NCBI RefSeq assembly: GCF_018350175.1
Contig: NC_058369.1
Span: forward strand, 26,538,001-26,602,000
Direction: 5' to 3'
Source of the DNA: Felis catus
Taxonomy: Eukaryota
Length of the DNA: 64,000 nucleotides
In this document: positions 62,101-64,000 of the stretch, piece after piece
Position numbering within the stretch: the stretch's first letter is position 1
Layout of the letters: each line of letters opens with the position of its first letter
Notes under the pieces: model-generated
What the model was told of the DNA's origin: nothing
Seen by the model: the letters and a program-made list of their open reading frames with translations, nothing else
Database searches by the model: none
Made by a program: the position numbers and the translations under genes

Positions 62101-62565
62101 AAAAGATTTATTCTTCTGATGGGGAATATGTTTTGGGAGTGGCAGTCCAGGGCTGGTGCAGCTGCTCAAGGAAGAATCAAGGGTTCAGACTTCCGGCTTC
62201 TTGTTCTGATATCCTTAGTATGTGACTTTGGTCCTCATGGCTACAAAATGGATGTAGCACCTCCAGGCTTTGCTTCTGCATTTCAGTTAGGAAGAAGAGG
62301 GGAGAGGAAGAGGGAAAAGGTATGTGCCATCTGAGTCTGTCTGTTATCAGAAAAACAATAATTTTCTTGGAAACCCCTTTCGGTTTTCTTCAGTTGACAC
62401 CTCCTTAGCCAGAACTGGTGACTTGGTCACCTCCAGCTACATGGGAATCTGGGGAGAGAGTATTCTAACCGGGTACACTGCTGCCCAAACGAGGGTGGTG
62501 TTAGCAAGGCTAAGCGGAGGGGACATTGGGTAGATCAACCAATGTTGGCTATAACTATTGTCTAA

Positions 62566-62616
62566 TTTTTATTTATTTATTTATCTAATTAATTAAATTA
62601 TTTTTAATGTTTATTT

Positions 62617-62661
<45 letters not shown>

Positions 62662-62833
62662 CGCAAGTGGGGGAGGGGCAGAGAGAGAGAGGGAGACACA
62701 GAATCCAAAGCAGTCTCCAGGCTCTGAGCTGTCAGACAGAGCCTGACACAGGGCTTGAACTCACAAACTGCCAGATCATGCATGACCTGAGCTGAAGTTA
62801 GAAGCTTAACTGAATGAGCCACCCAGGTGCCCC
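62566..62833 (-). mobile_element. Feline CAN-SINE with a long (GA)n tract
   Basis: Full body ending acccaggtgcccc. Confidence 0.93.
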
Positions 62834-62839
62834 TAATTT

Positions 62840-63105
62840 CTTTCTTTCTTTTTTTTTTAAAGATGTGTTTGTTTCCTTTTTTTTTTTTTTAAGTTTATTT
62901 ATTTATTTTGAGAGAGAGAGAGTGAGAACAAGGGAGACAGTATGAGCAGGGTAGGAGCAGAGAAAGAAGGAGAGAGAATCCCAAGCAGGTTCTACGCTGT
63001 CATCATGGAGCTCGATGTGGGGCTTGATCCCACAATATGTGAGATCAACACCTGAGCCAAAACCAAGAGTTGGATGCTTAACTGACTGAGCCACCCAGGC
63101 ACCCC
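62840..63105 (-). mobile_element. Older CAN-SINE in tandem with the previous one
   Basis: An outer TSD-like t(a/g)ttgtct(a/g)attt flanks both SINEs. Confidence 0.9.
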
Positions 63106-64000
63106 TGTTGTCTGATTTCTCGACAAGTTTTCTCCCCATAATCTTCTGATTTCCATCATTCCCATTTGGATTAGCTGTGGAGGGATTCAAGGTCAGCCTC
63201 ACTCATTCATTTATTCATTCATACATTCATTCACTGCTTATTGAAGGTCCTGCTAGGCACTGAGTCAACTATGTTGAACAAAACAGCCGTGATCTGGAGT
63301 TCTCATGGAGATGATAGAAAATGTAGTGGGATTATAAATTCATGAATGGTGAAGAAACACAGCTTCTTTATTTCCTATAACTTGTCCATCCTACCTCTTA
63401 ACCTTCTCCTGCTGGGAAGAGACCAAGCTTAAAGGAGCCAGTTAATAATATCTCAGGTTCTTATGGTTTCAACGGTCTCTTTTCAGTTTAAATATCCAGT
63501 GTGTTCAAAGTTCACCTGCCTCCCTCAGTTGGTCCCACTCCAGAGCATGTGGAAATAGCAGGGGTCCGCCATATGTCCCTGAAAACGGTGGGAGGCTTGG
63601 GAAGCCAGACCCCTGCCCTGCTCCACCTTGCCATGTGCACACTGTACACCCTCTGCTGCGTCTAGTGCCTGTGAATTGGGGCAGATGATTCTGGACGAGA
63701 GCTGATCCCACCAGCGCAGTGAATGTGAAGTAGGCAAGGCCTCTGCCATCACCCGCCTAAGACACCTTCTCATCCTGGGGCCTTGGCTCCAAGGGCAAAG
63801 CTCCACCCCCGTGTCCCTATCTGTTCCCCTCGCCACTTCTCAGATGCCTGCACCTGTCTCATTTCTCCCTAAAGCTGGCAATATGGGAGTCCTCTGTCCC
63901 CTCCACCGGTCTGCTTGGTATGTGAAGAAAGATCGTATTAGTTAGAAATATTGGTCTCTTCTACCTGCAGAGACAAGCTAGCAGGTCAGGTCAGTTTTTG

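Noticed and set aside
45000..64000. 3' exons of the upstream neighbour (CFAP20DC/C3orf67 by recalled human synteny)
   Set aside because: No convincing coding exon with splice sites and recognisable protein similarity was found by eye; short or non-coding exons cannot be excluded.

Overview
Mammalian genomic DNA, almost certainly from a felid, judged by about 26 tRNA-derived CAN-SINEs including young SINEC_Fc-type copies. The only protein-coding gene I can support is FAM3D on the minus strand. It has a probable non-coding exon 1 (~25775-25975) and five coding exons with canonical GT-AG sites: 11737-11787, 9833-9940, 7467-7487, 3432-3549 and 1962-2020. These splice in frame to MRVSGVLRFLALIFALVTTWIFIRSYISLNAKTIRLPRWLSLVTKEIPVVRAKCGLAKPCPKEFFAFKISSGAANVVGPTMCFENQVIMSPVKNNVGRGLNIALVN(G), and the remaining exons lie beyond position 1. 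The rest (26-64 kb) is upstream intergenic DNA made of SINEs, MIR/L2 relics, MaLR (MLT1) LTRs, L1 fragments, DNA transposon fossils, simple repeats and a few repeat-free stretches that look like enhancers. Most ORFs in the supplied track are spurious. I found no evidence of a new multi-gene system. The best leads are FAM3D splicing features (21-nt microexon, tandem acceptor, skippable signal-peptide exon), candidate alternative promoters, G-quadruplexes and enhancers, and several retrotransposition or repair scars. Repeat family names and human FAM3D comparisons come from recalled consensus sequences, not from searches, and repeat boundaries are approximate.
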